DNA from: Escherichia coli
Lineage (GTDB): Bacteria; Pseudomonadota; Gammaproteobacteria; Enterobacterales; Enterobacteriaceae
DNA: 64,000 bases
NCBI RefSeq assembly: GCF_003790525.1
Contig: NZ_CP033635.1
Reading direction: 5' to 3' (one strand)
A program made the translations under genes and the position numbers. The notes under the pieces are model-generated. The model made no database searches. It saw only the letters and a list, made by a program, of their open reading frames with translations, and was not told the DNA's origin. Numbering within the stretch: position 1 is the stretch's first letter; every line of letters starts with the position of its first letter. Shown piece after piece: positions 23,909 to 35,047 of this stretch.

Positions 23909-25698
23909 GCACTCAGTACGAAACTCAGGGATACACCATCAATAATGCCGGACGCCGCCTGGTGGTCGACCCGATTACGCGCATTGAAGGCCACATGCGC
24001 TGCGAAGTGAATATTAACGATCAGAATGTGATCACCAATGCCGTCTCCTGCGGCACCATGTTTCGCGGGCTGGAGATCATCCTGCAAGGGCGTGACCCGC
24101 GCGATGCGTGGGCGTTCGTTGAACGTATCTGCGGCGTCTGTACTGGCGTACACGCCCTGGCTTCGGTTTACGCCATCGAAGATGCCATCGGTATTAAAGT
24201 GCCGGACAACGCCAATATCATCCGCAACATTATGCTGGCAACGCTCTGGTGCCACGATCATCTGGTGCACTTCTATCAGCTTGCCGGGATGGATTGGATC
24301 GATGTGTTAGATGCGCTGAAAGCCGACCCGCGGAAAACCTCCGAACTGGCGCAAAGCCTCTCCTCATGGCCGAAATCATCCCCTGGCTATTTCTTCGACG
24401 TACAAAACCGCCTGAAGAAATTCGTTGAAGGCGGGCAGTTGGGGATCTTCCGCAATGGCTACTGGGGGCACCCGCAGTACAAACTGCCGCCAGAAGCCAA
24501 CCTGATGGGCTTTGCCCACTATCTCGAAGCTCTCGATTTCCAGCGTGAAATTGTCAAAATCCACGCGGTCTTTGGCGGTAAAAACCCACATCCAAACTGG
24601 ATTGTCGGCGGGATGCCTTGTGCCATTAACATTGACGAAAGCGGCGCGGTCGGGGCGGTCAATATGGAACGCCTGAACCTGGTGCAGTCAATCATTACCC
24701 GTACGGCGGATTTCATTAACAACGTGATGATCCCCGACGCCTTAGCCATCGGTCAGTTCAACAAGCCGTGGAGCGAAATCGGCACTGGCCTTTCGGATAA
24801 ATGCGTTCTCAGTTACGGCGCGTTCCCGGATATCGCCAACGACTTTGGCGAGAAAAGTCTGCTGATGCCTGGCGGCGCGGTGATTAACGGCGACTTCAAC
24901 AATGTGCTGCCAGTGGATTTGGTTGATCCGCAGCAGGTGCAGGAGTTTGTCGATCACGCCTGGTATCGTTATCCCAACGATCAGGTCGGGCGTCATCCGT
25001 TCGATGGTATTACCGACCCGTGGTACAACCCCGGCGATGTCAAAGGCAGCGATACCAACATTCAGCAGCTGAATGAACAGGAACGCTACTCGTGGATCAA
25101 AGCGCCACGCTGGCGCGGTAACGCGATGGAAGTGGGGCCGCTGGCACGCACGTTAATCGCTTATCACAAAGGCGATGCGGCGACCGTTGAGTCGGTCGAT
25201 CGCATGATGTCGGCGTTGAACCTACCGCTTTCCGGCATCCAGTCAACGTTAGGCCGCATTTTGTGTCGCGCGCACGAAGCGCAGTGGGCCGCAGGCAAGT
25301 TGCAATATTTCTTCGACAAGCTGATGACCAATCTCAAAAACGGCAATCTCGCCACCGCCTCCACTGAGAAGTGGGAACCAGCAACCTGGCCGACAGAGTG
25401 CCGTGGTGTCGGCTTTACCGAAGCGCCGCGCGGAGCGTTAGGCCACTGGGCCGCCATTCGCGATGGCAAGATTGATCTCTACCAGTGCGTGGTGCCGACC
25501 ACCTGGAACGCCAGCCCGCGCGATCCTAAAGGGCAAATTGGCGCTTATGAAGCGGCGCTGATGAACACCAAAATGGCGATCCCCGAGCAACCGCTGGAGA
25601 TCCTGCGTACTCTGCACAGCTTTGATCCGTGCCTCGCCTGTTCAACACACGTGCTGGGCGACGACGGTAGCGAGCTGATCTCCGTGCAGGTGCGTTAA
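23905..25698 (+). CDS. hyaB: Hydrogenase-1 large subunit
   Basis: 597-aa ORF with N-terminal RICGVC and C-terminal DPCLAC Ni-binding motifs. Confidence 0.95.
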   Translation: MSTQYETQGYTINNAGRRLVVDPITRIEGHMRCEVNINDQNVITNAVSCGTMFRGLEIILQGRDPRDAWAFVERICGVCTGVHALASVYAIEDAIGIKVPDNANIIRNIMLATLWCHDHLVHFYQLAGMDWIDVLDALKADPRKTSELAQSLSSWPKSSPGYFFDVQNRLKKFVEGGQLGIFRNGYWGHPQYKLPPEANLMGFAHYLEALDFQREIVKIHAVFGGKNPHPNWIVGGMPCAINIDESGAVGAVNMERLNLVQSIITRTADFINNVMIPDALAIGQFNKPWSEIGTGLSDKCVLSYGAFPDIANDFGEKSLLMPGGAVINGDFNNVLPVDLVDPQQVQEFVDHAWYRYPNDQVGRHPFDGITDPWYNPGDVKGSDTNIQQLNEQERYSWIKAPRWRGNAMEVGPLARTLIAYHKGDAATVESVDRMMSALNLPLSGIQSTLGRILCRAHEAQWAAGKLQYFFDKLMTNLKNGNLATASTEKWEPATWPTECRGVGFTEAPRGALGHWAAIRDGKIDLYQCVVPTTWNASPRDPKGQIGAYEAALMNTKMAIPEQPLEILRTLHSFDPCLACSTHVLGDDGSELISVQVR

Positions 25699-25716
25699 CA
25701 GCGAAGGAGAATCATC

Positions 25717-26424
25717 ATGCAACAGAAAAGCGACAACGTTGTCAGCCACTATGTCTTTGAAGCGCCAGTGCGTATCTGGCACTGGCTGACGGTGTTATGC
25801 ATGGCGGTGTTGATGGTCACCGGTTACTTCATCGGCAAACCGCTGCCTTCGGTCAGCGGTGAGGCGACGTATCTGTTTTACATGGGCTATATCAGGTTGA
25901 TTCACTTCAGCGCCGGGATGATTTTTACCGTGGTCTTGCTGATGCGGATCTACTGGGCTTTTGTCGGCAATCGCTACTCACGCGAGCTTTTCATCGTGCC
26001 AGTATGGCGTAAAAGCTGGTGGCAGGGCGTGTGGTATGAAATCCGCTGGTATCTGTTTCTGGCAAAACGTCCAAGTGCCGATATAGGCCATAACCCCATC
26101 GCCCAGGCGGCGATGTTCGGCTATTTCCTGATGTCAGTTTTTATGATCATCACCGGCTTTGCGCTGTACAGCGAACACAGCCAGTACGCTATTTTTGCGC
26201 CGTTCCGTTATGTGGTGGAATTTTTCTACTGGACGGGTGGCAACTCAATGGACATTCACAGCTGGCATCGGCTGGGGATGTGGCTGATTGGCGCGTTTGT
26301 GATCGGTCATGTCTACATGGCGCTGCGTGAAGACATCATGTCCGACGACACGGTGATCTCCACTATGGTCAACGGCTACCGTAGCCACAAATTTGGCAAA
26401 ATAAGTAACAAGGAGCGTTCATGA
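25717..26424 (+). CDS. hyaC: Hydrogenase-1 cytochrome b subunit
   Basis: 235-aa membrane ORF. Confidence 0.93.
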   Translation: MQQKSDNVVSHYVFEAPVRIWHWLTVLCMAVLMVTGYFIGKPLPSVSGEATYLFYMGYIRLIHFSAGMIFTVVLLMRIYWAFVGNRYSRELFIVPVWRKSWWQGVWYEIRWYLFLAKRPSADIGHNPIAQAAMFGYFLMSVFMIITGFALYSEHSQYAIFAPFRYVVEFFYWTGGNSMDIHSWHRLGMWLIGAFVIGHVYMALREDIMSDDTVISTMVNGYRSHKFGKISNKERS

Positions 26425-27008
26425 GCGAGCAACGCGTGGTGGTAATGGGGCTGGGCAACCTGCTGTGGGCCGATGAAGGTTTCGGCGTGCGGGTGGCGGA
26501 ACGGTTGTATGCCCATTACCACTGGCCCGAGTATGTGGAGATTGTCGATGGCGGTATTCAGGGACTGAACTTGCTGGGGTATGTCGAAAGCGCCAGCCAT
26601 CTGTTGATTCTCGATGCCATTGACTACGGGCTGGAACCTGGAACGCTGCGAACCTATGCCGGAGAACGTATTCCGGCTTATCTCAGCGCGAAGAAAATGA
26701 GCCTGCACCAGAACAGTTTCTCCGAAGTGCTGGCGCTGGCAGATATCCGCGGACATCTGCCAGCACATATTGCCCTCGTCGGTCTGCAACCCGCAATGCT
26801 CGACGACTACGGCGGCAGCCTGAGCGAACTGGCACGGGAGCAACTGCCCGCAGCGGAACAGGCGGCGCTGGCGCAGTTGGCTGCGTGGGGAATTGTGCCG
26901 CAACCGGCTAATGAATCGCGCTGTCTCAATTATGACTGTCTGTCGATGGAAAATTACGAAGGCGTTCGCTTGCGCCAGTACAGGATGACGCTGGAGGAGC
27001 AGGAATGA
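26421..27008 (+). CDS. hyaD: Hydrogenase-1 maturation protease
   Basis: 195-aa [25 protein letters not shown], HybD-like endopeptidase. Confidence 0.93.
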   Translation: MSEQRVVVMGLGNLLWADEGFGVRVAERLYAHYHWPEYVEIVDGGIQGLNLLGYVESASHLLILDAIDYGLEPGTLRTYAGERIPAYLSAKKMSLHQNSFSEVLALADIRGHLPAHIALVGLQPAMLDDYGGSLSELAREQLPAAEQAALAQLAAWGIVPQPANESRCLNYDCLSMENYEGVRLRQYRMTLEEQE

Positions 27009-27403
27009 GCAACGACACGCCATTTGATGCGTTGTGGCAACGTATGCTGGCGCGCGGCTGGACGCCGATCAGTGAATCCCGTCTTGACGACTGGCTTACG
27101 CAAGCGCCAGACGGCGTGGTGTTATTAAGTAGTGACCCGAAACGCACGCCAGAAGTCAGCGATAACCCGGTCATGATTGGCGAATTACTGCGCGAGTTTC
27201 CCGACTATACATGGCAGGTAGCGATTGCTGATCTTGAGCAGAGCGAAGCCATCGGCGATCGCTTTGGCGTCTTTCGCTTTCCCGCCACATTAGTGTTTAC
27301 CGGCGGAAACTATCGCGGCGTGCTGAATGGTATTCACCCGTGGGCGGAACTGATAAACCTGATGCGTGGGCTTGTCGAACCACAACAGGAGCGTGCCTCA
27401 TGA
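27005..27403 (+). CDS. hyaE: Hydrogenase-1 operon chaperone HyaE
   Basis: 132-aa ORF, translationally coupled to hyaD. Confidence 0.92.
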   Translation: MSNDTPFDALWQRMLARGWTPISESRLDDWLTQAPDGVVLLSSDPKRTPEVSDNPVMIGELLREFPDYTWQVAIADLEQSEAIGDRFGVFRFPATLVFTGGNYRGVLNGIHPWAELINLMRGLVEPQQERAS

Positions 27404-28257
27404 GCGAAACTTTTTTCCATCTGCTGGGGCCAGGAACGCAACCGAACGATGACAGTTTCAGCATGAATCCACTGCCGATCACCTGTCAGGTGAATGATGA
27501 ACCGAGTATGGCGGCCCTGGAGCAATGTGCTCACAGCCCGCAGGTGATTGCGCTGTTAAACGAGTTACAACATCAACTAAGCGAACGCCAGCCGCCGTTG
27601 GGCGAGGTGCTGGCAGTCGATCTGTTAAATCTCAACGCCGACGATCGTCACTTTATCAATACGCTTCTCGGGGAAGGGGAAGTGTCAGTGCGCATACAGC
27701 AGGCTGACGACAGTGAAAGTGAAATACAGGAGGCGATCTTCTGCGGATTATGGCGGGTGCGCAGACGTCGCGGCGACAAGTTGCTGGAGGACAAACTGGA
27801 GGCTGGCTGCGCGCCGCTGGCATTGTGGCAGGCGGCAACGCAAAACGTCTTGCCGACAGATTCGCTGTTACCGCCGCCCATTGATGGCCTGATGAATGGC
27901 CTACCGTTGGCGCATGAGTTACTGGCGCATGTACGTAACCCCGACGCGCAGCCGCACAGCATTAATCTGACGCAATTACCCATCAGCGAGGCTGATCGGC
28001 TTTTTCTCTCACGTCTCTGTGGGCCGGGAAATATTCAGATTCGTACCATTGGCTATGGCGAGAGCTATATCAACGCCACGGGGTTACGCCATGTCTGGCA
28101 TTTACGCTGTACGGACACCTTAAAAGGCCCGTTACTGGAAAGTTATGAAATCTGCCCAATACCGGAAGTGGTGCTGGCAGCGCCAGAAGATTTGGTCGAC
28201 TCTGCGCAGCGGCTTAGCGAGGTATGTCAGTGGCTGGCGGAAGGTGCACCGACATAA
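27400..28257 (+). CDS. hyaF: Hydrogenase-1 operon protein HyaF
   Basis: 285 aa from [21 protein letters not shown]... Confidence 0.92.
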   Translation: MSETFFHLLGPGTQPNDDSFSMNPLPITCQVNDEPSMAALEQCAHSPQVIALLNELQHQLSERQPPLGEVLAVDLLNLNADDRHFINTLLGEGEVSVRIQQADDSESEIQEAIFCGLWRVRRRRGDKLLEDKLEAGCAPLALWQAATQNVLPTDSLLPPPIDGLMNGLPLAHELLAHVRNPDAQPHSINLTQLPISEADRLFLSRLCGPGNIQIRTIGYGESYINATGLRHVWHLRCTDTLKGPLLESYEICPIPEVVLAAPEDLVDSAQRLSEVCQWLAEGAPT

Positions 28258-28390
28258 AAAGACGGTAAGTATCGCTTTCAGTCTTATGAATATCGCAATC
28301 GGCGAATACCTCTGGTCGTAGAGTTTCAGGATAAAGAGGGAGATCTACCATTATCGGGTTATTTTTCTCTCTTCGCCTACAGGAGTGCGC

Positions 28391-29935
28391 ATGTGGGATG
28401 TCATTGATTTATCGCGCTGGCAGTTTGCACTGACCGCGCTGTATCACTTTTTATTTGTACCCCTTACCCTGGGGCTGATTTTTTTGCTGGCTATCATGGA
28501 AACCATTTACGTGGTCACCGGCAAAACAATCTACCGCGATATGACGCGCTTCTGGGGTAAGCTCTTCGGTATCAACTTTGCTCTTGGCGTGGCTACCGGC
28601 CTGACCATGGAGTTTCAGTTTGGTACTAACTGGTCATTCTATTCCAACTATGTGGGCGATATTTTTGGCGCACCGCTGGCAATGGAAGCATTAATGGCCT
28701 TCTTCCTCGAATCCACCTTTGTCGGGCTGTTCTTCTTCGGCTGGCAGCGGCTGAATAAATACCAGCACCTGCTGGTGACGTGGCTGGTGGCGTTCGGTTC
28801 AAATCTCTCTGCATTGTGGATATTGAATGCCAACGGTTGGATGCAATACCCGACCGGTGCGCATTTTGATATCGACACCCTGCGTATGGAGATGACCAGT
28901 TTCAGCGAGTTGGTCTTTAACCCGGTCAGCCAGGTGAAATTTGTGCACACCGTAATGGCGGGATACGTGACCGGGGCCATGTTTATTATGGCGATCAGCG
29001 CCTGGTATTTACTGCGCGGACGGGAGCGCGATGTCGCATTACGCTCGTTTGCCATCGGTTCCGTCTTCGGTACTCTGGCGATTATCGGTACGCTGCAACT
29101 CGGAGACAGTTCTGCGTATGAAGTCGCGCAAGTACAACCGGTAAAACTGGCGGCGATGGAAGGGGAGTGGCAAACAGAACCTGCACCTGCACCGTTCCAT
29201 GTGGTTGCCTGGCCGGAACAGGATCAAGAGCGTAACGCCTTTGCCATCAAAATTCCCGCGCTGCTAGGGATCCTCGCCACTCACTCATTAGATAAACCCG
29301 TGCCGGGTCTGAAGAATTTGATGGCTGAAACCTACCCACGCTTGCAACGCGGACGTATGGCCTGGCTGTTAATGCAGGAAATATCGCAAGGCAATCGTGA
29401 GCCGCATGTGTTGCAGGCATTCCGGGAGCTGGAAGGCGACCTGGGTTACGGCATGTTGCTCTCCCGCTATGCGCCGGATATGAATCATGTCACAGCCACA
29501 CAGTACCAGGCGGCGATGCGTGGCGCGATACCTCAGGTTGCGCCGGTATTCTGGAGTTTCCGCATCATGGTAGGCTGTGGTTCCCTGCTGTTACTGGTGA
29601 TGCTGATTGCGCTTGTCCAGACGCTGCGTGGCAAAATCGACCAGCATCGCTGGGTGCTGAAAATGGCGCTCTGGAGTTTGCCGCTTCCGTGGATTGCGAT
29701 TGAAGCCGGATGGTTTATGACCGAGTTTGGTCGTCAGCCGTGGGCGATACAGGACATCTTACCGACATACTCCGCGCACTCCGCCTTAACCACAGGACAA
29801 CTGGCTTTCTCACTGATCATGATCGTAGGGCTTTACACCCTGTTCTTAATCGCCGAAGTCTACCTGATGCAGAAATATGCCCGTCTGGGGCCGAGCGCGA
29901 TGCAGAGTGAACAACCGACGCAGCAACAGGGGTAA
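28391..29935 (+). CDS. appC: Cytochrome bd-II oxidase subunit I
   Basis: 514 aa from [28 protein letters not shown]... Confidence 0.95.
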   Translation: MWDVIDLSRWQFALTALYHFLFVPLTLGLIFLLAIMETIYVVTGKTIYRDMTRFWGKLFGINFALGVATGLTMEFQFGTNWSFYSNYVGDIFGAPLAMEALMAFFLESTFVGLFFFGWQRLNKYQHLLVTWLVAFGSNLSALWILNANGWMQYPTGAHFDIDTLRMEMTSFSELVFNPVSQVKFVHTVMAGYVTGAMFIMAISAWYLLRGRERDVALRSFAIGSVFGTLAIIGTLQLGDSSAYEVAQVQPVKLAAMEGEWQTEPAPAPFHVVAWPEQDQERNAFAIKIPALLGILATHSLDKPVPGLKNLMAETYPRLQRGRMAWLLMQEISQGNREPHVLQAFRELEGDLGYGMLLSRYAPDMNHVTATQYQAAMRGAIPQVAPVFWSFRIMVGCGSLLLLVMLIALVQTLRGKIDQHRWVLKMALWSLPLPWIAIEAGWFMTEFGRQPWAIQDILPTYSAHSALTTGQLAFSLIMIVGLYTLFLIAEVYLMQKYARLGPSAMQSEQPTQQQG

Positions 29936-29946
29936 AGGAGAAAATC

Positions 29947-31083
29947 ATGTTTGATTATGAAACATTGCGCTTCATCTGGTGGCTGCTGATTGGCGTGATC
30001 CTGGTGGTCTTTATGATCTCCGACGGATTTGACATGGGGATTGGCTGTTTGCTGCCGCTGGTGGCGCGTAATGATGATGAACGCCGGATAGTGATAAACA
30101 GCGTTGGCGCGCACTGGGAAGGCAATCAGGTCTGGTTGATCCTCGCAGGTGGGGCATTATTTGCCGCCTGGCCCAGAGTGTATGCAGCGGCGTTTTCCGG
30201 CTTTTATGTGGCGATGATTCTGGTGCTGTGCTCGCTGTTCTTCCGCCCGCTGGCCTTTGATTATCGCGGAAAAATTGCCGATGCACGCTGGCGTAAAATG
30301 TGGGATGCCGGTCTGGTCATCGGCAGTCTGGTGCCGCCGGTAGTCTTCGGTATCGCCTTCGGCAACTTGTTGCTCGGCGTGCCGTTTGCCTTTACACCGC
30401 AATTACGCGTGGAGTATCTCGGCAGCTTCTGGCAACTGCTGACGCCATTCCCTTTATTGTGCGGATTGCTCAGCCTTGGGATGGTGATTTTGCAAGGTGG
30501 CGTCTGGTTACAACTGAAAACTGTTGGTGTGATTCATCTGCGTTCACAGCTGGCGACCAAACGCGCCGCACTACTGGTGATGCTGTGCTTTTTGCTGGCG
30601 GGTTACTGGCTGTGGGTCGGTATTGATGGCTTTGTACTGCTCGCCCAGGATGCTAACGGTCCTTCCAATCCGTTAATGAAACTGGTGGCAGTGCTACCTG
30701 GTGCCTGGATGAATAATTTCGTCGAATCGCCCGTTTTGTGGATCTTCCCGCTGCTGGGGTTCTTCTGCCCATTGCTGACGGTGATGGCGATTTATCGTGG
30801 TCGCCCGGGTTGGGGATTTTTGATGGCATCATTGATGCAATTTGGCGTGATTTTCACGGCAGGCATCACGCTGTTCCCCTTTGTCATGCCGTCAAGCGTG
30901 AGTCCAATCTCCAGCCTGACGTTGTGGGACAGCACTTCCAGCCAGTTGACGCTGAGTATTATGTTGGTAATCGTGCTGATATTTTTGCCCATTGTGTTGC
31001 TCTACACTCTCTGGAGCTACTACAAAATGTGGGGGCGCATCACGACAGAAACTCTCCGCCGTAACAAAAACGAGCTGTACTAA
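29947..31083 (+). CDS. appB: Cytochrome bd-II oxidase subunit II
   Basis: 378-aa membrane [20 protein letters not shown]... Confidence 0.95.
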   Translation: MFDYETLRFIWWLLIGVILVVFMISDGFDMGIGCLLPLVARNDDERRIVINSVGAHWEGNQVWLILAGGALFAAWPRVYAAAFSGFYVAMILVLCSLFFRPLAFDYRGKIADARWRKMWDAGLVIGSLVPPVVFGIAFGNLLLGVPFAFTPQLRVEYLGSFWQLLTPFPLLCGLLSLGMVILQGGVWLQLKTVGVIHLRSQLATKRAALLVMLCFLLAGYWLWVGIDGFVLLAQDANGPSNPLMKLVAVLPGAWMNNFVESPVLWIFPLLGFFCPLLTVMAIYRGRPGWGFLMASLMQFGVIFTAGITLFPFVMPSSVSPISSLTLWDSTSSQLTLSIMLVIVLIFLPIVLLYTLWSYYKMWGRITTETLRRNKNELY

Positions 31084-31095
31084 GGAGCAGGAACA

Positions 31096-31188
31096 ATGTG
31101 GTATTTACTTTGGTTCGTTGGCATTTTGTTGATGTGTTCGCTCTCCACCCTTGTGTTGGTATGGCTGGACCCGCGATTGAAAAGTTAA
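31096..31188 (+). CDS. appX: Cytochrome bd-II small subunit AppX
   Basis: 30-aa hydrophobic ORF MWYLLWFVGILLMCSLSTLVLVWLDPRLKS with a GGAG RBS; below the ORF-track cutoff, read from the sequence. Confidence 0.85.
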   Translation: MWYLLWFVGILLMCSLSTLVLVWLDPRLKS

Positions 31189-31267
31189 CGAACGTAAGTC
31201 TGATGCGGCGCATTAGCGTCGTATCAGGCAATCAATAATGTCGGATATGAAAAGCGGAAACATATCG

Positions 31268-32578
31268 ATGAAAGCGATCTTGATCCCATTTTTATCTCTT
31301 CTGATTCCGTTAACCCCGCAATCTGCATTCGCTAAGAGTGAGCCGGAGCTGAAGCTGGAAAGTGTGGTGATTGTCAGTCGTCATGGTGTGCGTGCCCCAA
31401 CCAAGGCCACGCAACTGATGCAGGATGTCACCCCAGACGCATGGCCAACATGGCCGGTAAAACTGGGGTGGCTGACACCGCGCGGTGGTGAGCTAATCGC
31501 TTATCTCGGACATTACCAACGCCAGCGTCTGGTGGCTGACGGATTGCTGGCGAAAAAGGGCTGCCCGCAGCCTGGTCAGGTCGCGATTATTGCTGATGTC
31601 GACGAGCGTACCCGTAAAACAGGCGAAGCCTTCGCCGCCGGGCTGGCACCTGACTGTGCAATAACCGTACATACCCAGGCAGATACGTCCAGTCCCGATC
31701 CGTTATTTAATCCTCTAAAAACTGGCGTTTGCCAACTGGATAACGCGAATGTGACTGACGCGATCCTCAGCAGGGCAGGAGGGTCAATTGCTGACTTTAC
31801 CGGGCATCGGCAAACGGCGTTTCGCGAACTGGAACAGGTACTTAATTTCCCACAATCAAACTTGTGCCTTAACCGTGAGAAACAGGACAAAAGTTGTTCA
31901 TTAACGCAGGCATTACCATCGGAACTCAAGGTGAGCGCCGACAATGTCTCATTAACCGGTGCGGTAAGCCTCGCATCAATGCTGACGGAGATATTTCTCC
32001 TGCAACAAGCACAGGGAATGCCGGAGCCGGGGTGGGGAAGGATCACCGATTCACACCAGTGGAACACCTTGCTAAGTTTGCATAACGCGCAATTTTATTT
32101 GCTACAACGCACGCCAGAGGTTGCCCGCAGCCGCGCCACCCCGTTATTAGATTTGATCAAGACAGCGTTGACGCCCCATCCACCGCAAAAACAGGCGTAT
32201 GGTGTGACATTACCCACTTCAGTGCTGTTTATCGCCGGACATGATACTAATCTGGCAAATCTCGGCGGCGCACTGGAGCTCAACTGGACGCTTCCAGCTC
32301 AGCCGGATAACACGCCGCCAGGGGGTGAACTGGTGTTTGAACGCTGGCGTCGGCTAAGCGATAACAGCCAGTGGATTCAGGTTTCGCTGGTCTTTCAGAC
32401 TTTACAGCAGATGCGTGATAAAACGCCGCTATCATTAAATACGCCGCCCGGAGAGGTGAAACTGACCCTGGCTGGATGTGAAGAGCGAAATGCGCAGGGC
32501 ATGTGTTCGTTGGCCAGTTTTACGCAAATCGTGAATGAAGCACGCATACCGGCGTGCGCTCTCCATCAAGACAAATAA
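31268..32578 (+). CDS. appA: Periplasmic acid phosphatase / phytase AppA
   Basis: Signal peptide [22 protein letters not shown] and histidine acid phosphatase motif RHGVRAP. C-terminus here is ...[10 protein letters not shown], longer than and different from the K-12 ending as I recall it (...IPACSL); the stop overlaps the cspH stop on the other strand. Confidence 0.93.
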
Positions 32579-32778
32579 ACATTTGCCGCTGTTGGTCCTC
32601 GCAGGCCATTTACGCGGCAAAATTCCACGCGTAATCCTGGTATAAGCACTTCCGCGTCGCGGGGAGTGAATGCGGAAATATGGACCTGGACTTCTTTACG
32701 ACCGTCGGAGGGGATAATGAATCCTTTGCCGCTTTTGCGATCAAAGGTTTTGACAATTCCTGTCATTTTACGGGACAA
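32566..32778 (-). CDS. cspH: Cold-shock-like protein CspH
   Basis: 70-aa [40 protein letters not shown]... Confidence 0.93.
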
Positions 32779-33063
32779 ACAAATTCCTTACTGAAAATAC
32801 TGCGCTGCACTATACGGGGTTAATAAAATAAAGCCAGCGATATTTAAGACCGCCGGACGGCTAAAATAAAAATTGCTTAATCTCAATTATCATGCGTTAA
32901 TAGCTGCGTCGGTTTGAAAGACAGACAGCATACAAAGTAGTTTACTAAAGCAGTTCTCATTATCAGGCATTATCCCCTTCTTTTGAGTCTCTCTCCTGAA
33001 CACTAAGTAGTTTCTGTATTAAAGCCCTGTTTGCCGAAAGGCCCAAAATGAAGGAAGTAAAAT

Positions 33064-33276
33064 ATGTCTAATAAAATGACTGGTTTAGTAAAATGGTTTA
33101 ACGCAGATAAAGGTTTTGGCTTTATCACTCCTGATGATGGCAGCAAAGACGTTTTCGTCCATTTCACCGCCATCCAGAGCAATGAATTCCGCACGCTGAA
33201 CGAAAATCAGAAAGTTGAATTTTCTATTGAGCAGGGGCAACGTGGTCCCGCGGCAGCGAACGTTGTTACGCTCTAA
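33064..33276 (+). CDS. cspG: Cold-shock protein CspG
   Basis: 70-aa [45 protein letters not shown]... Confidence 0.95.
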   Translation: MSNKMTGLVKWFNADKGFGFITPDDGSKDVFVHFTAIQSNEFRTLNENQKVEFSIEQGQRGPAAANVVTL

Positions 33277-33475
33277 GGTTGCCGTTATTACTCAACATCT
33301 CCATTTCCGCTGTCCATGTTGTCATGGTTCACAGTACCGCACATCGGCATTCGATGTGACGGAGCGAAATCCTTTAGGGGCAAAGTGTATTTTTTGTAAA
33401 TCGACGATGATCACCTTTGATAACGTCGCGCTGCAAATACGCACTGAGCATGCGCCGCTGGATTTCACAAAATAA
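33215..33475 (+). CDS. Hypothetical small Cys-rich protein (CPCC...C..C zinc-ribbon-like), possibly ymcF; true start unresolved
   Basis: ORF in this frame ends at 33475, directly before a hairpin+T-run terminator (33481..33504), and contains CPCCHGS...CIFCKS. The first ATG at 33215 lies inside cspG, so the real start, if the gene is real, is probably downstream. Confidence 0.3.
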   Translation: MNFLLSRGNVVPRQRTLLRSKVAVITQHLHFRCPCCHGSQYRTSAFDVTERNPLGAKCIFCKSTMITFDNVALQIRTEHAPLDFTK

Positions 33476-33680
33476 TATCAGGCTCCCTCGTGGAGCCTTT
33501 TTTATATCTGCCTTATTTTTCTTCAACGCTGTATGTATAGTAAGCGATAACCTGTTGATTATTGAATCTTTCGGGGAGATGGCTTATAACATTTCTTACC
33601 TGACCAGGGTACCGGGAACCAACACCTTACTGGCGTGTTGCTGTCTTTCAAGACCAGACGAGGTTAACAGTGAATATTGA
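33450..33680 (+). CDS. ymcE: Small protein YmcE
   Basis: 76-aa [34 protein letters not shown]... at the K-12 position; coding status is uncertain because a terminator lies within it. Confidence 0.6.
   Translation: MRRWISQNNIRLPRGAFFISALFFFNAVCIVSDNLLIIESFGEMAYNISYLTRVPGTNTLLACCCLSRPDEVNSEY
33481..33504 (+). terminator. Intrinsic terminator downstream of cspG and the small Cys-rich ORF
   Basis: ggctccctcgtggagcc followed by a T6 run; it lies inside the 5' part of the annotated ymcE frame. Confidence 0.7.
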
Positions 33681-33843
33681 AGAGTTAAAAAAACAAGCCG
33701 AAACGGAAATCGCCGACTTTATCGCGCAAAAAATCGCCGAGCTGAACAAGAATACAGGGAAAGAAGTCTCTGAAATTCGCTTCACCGCACGGGAAAAAAT
33801 GACCGGGCTTGAAAGTTATGATGTCAAAATCAAAATAATGTGA
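33670..33843 (+). CDS. gnsA: GnsA (suppressor of secG null, fatty-acid-related small protein)
   Basis: 57 aa from a GTG start: VNIEELKKQAETEIADFIAQKIAELNKNTGKEVSEIRFTAREKMTGLESYDVKIKIM. Confidence 0.85.
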   Translation: MNIEELKKQAETEIADFIAQKIAELNKNTGKEVSEIRFTAREKMTGLESYDVKIKIM

Positions 33844-33849
33844 TTTTGT

Positions 33850-33877
33850 GAACATCACCCCGTGCGAGGTGATGTTC
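33850..33877. terminator. Hairpin between gnsA and yccM (convergent)
   Basis: Inverted repeat gaacatcacc...ggtgatgttc. Confidence 0.6.
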
Positions 33878-33891
33878 CGCTTGTTGCTAAT

Positions 33892-34965
33892 TTAGTGACC
33901 AATCATTGGCGCTTGTGGAATTATGCGTCGGTACAATTCCTGCGGTACCGGGCTTTGCCATACTCCCGCATACATTGCGTAACCAATCACCGCAAACATA
34001 ATCCCCAGAACCAGTAGTGTCATTAACCAGCCAGACAACGCAAAAGCTTTTTTATTTGCCGCAGGTTTTTGCAGTGAAAAGGTCAATGTTGAGGCTACCG
34101 GACATGACTCTACGCAAGTCATACAGCCGGTACATTCCACTGTTCGTACCTGAATTAATTTATCGACCGGGATCCGCGATGGGCAATTTTTTGCGCATTT
34201 GCCACAGTCGATACAACTTTCGGCATTGCGACGAATCTTAAACGGTGATAATAGCGAAACCACGCCCATCAGCGCGCCATATGGGCAAAGATAACGACAC
34301 CAGGCATGGCGAATAAACAGGCTGGCAATCAGCAAAACGGTCACGCTGATTAATGTCGCGGTCCCCATATGGCGAAAGAAATCGAGCATTTTAACGTCCA
34401 TCACCACGCTGTAGGGCGACAACATAAAATAGTGAATCGCCTGAGCGGGCATCAATAACGCGATATAGAGAAAAAAACTCAACAGCAAATACTTCACGCC
34501 ACGCAGAGGAATATCCAGACAGCGGGGAAGGACACATTGCCGACCAAACAGTTTGTTACCGAGATCGCCGATTAATTCAGAAAGCGTACCAACCGGGCAT
34601 AACCATGAGCAAAAGGCCTTTTTGAGTAATAGACTGATGACGATAAAAGCGACCAATAACAGCATCGCGGCGGCGTGGACGGACGGTAACTGGCCTGTTG
34701 CAAGGCTATATTTCAGATTCATCAGACCGGCAATCGGTAGCCAGCCTTCGATGCCTCCTGGCCTGGCGACAAATGTCGTACTACCTGCCGTTTCGTAATA
34801 GCGCACCCAATACCAGAACGTGATGGCAATATAAATATTCATTGCCAACAGTAATAATTGCGTCGCTTTACGCCAGGTCGTGGCATTGCGCCAGTCATTC
34901 CACGGTAATTTGCCGCCCGTCGTGCCTGGCCGCCGCTGCCAGCGGGTTCTTTTTTTCTCTGCCAT
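33892..34965 (-). CDS. yccM: Membrane ferredoxin-type protein YccM (NapH/MauN-like, 4Fe-4S)
   Basis: 357-aa ORF with multiple CxxCxxCxxxCP motifs and transmembrane helices. Confidence 0.9.
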   Translation of the reverse strand: MAEKKRTRWQRRPGTTGGKLPWNDWRNATTWRKATQLLLLAMNIYIAITFWYWVRYYETAGSTTFVARPGGIEGWLPIAGLMNLKYSLATGQLPSVHAAAMLLLVAFIVISLLLKKAFCSWLCPVGTLSELIGDLGNKLFGRQCVLPRCLDIPLRGVKYLLLSFFLYIALLMPAQAIHYFMLSPYSVVMDVKMLDFFRHMGTATLISVTVLLIASLFIRHAWCRYLCPYGALMGVVSLLSPFKIRRNAESCIDCGKCAKNCPSRIPVDKLIQVRTVECTGCMTCVESCPVASTLTFSLQKPAANKKAFALSGWLMTLLVLGIMFAVIGYAMYAGVWQSPVPQELYRRIIPQAPMIGH

Positions 34966-35047
34966 GATTTTGACAGTCCGTTAAGTTGCATACCAAATGC
35001 CACTATTCTAGTTGTTCTTAACTGGCTGATATTGATTCAAATCGCGT

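Noticed and set aside
26376-27023. 215-aa ORF antisense to hyaD/hyaE
   Set aside because: Antisense to two translationally coupled hydrogenase genes; treated as spurious.
32540-32600. IS element or integrase at the appA/cspH junction
   Set aside because: No transposase or integrase ORF, inverted repeats or target-site duplication is visible; the junction is a simple overlap of two gene ends.
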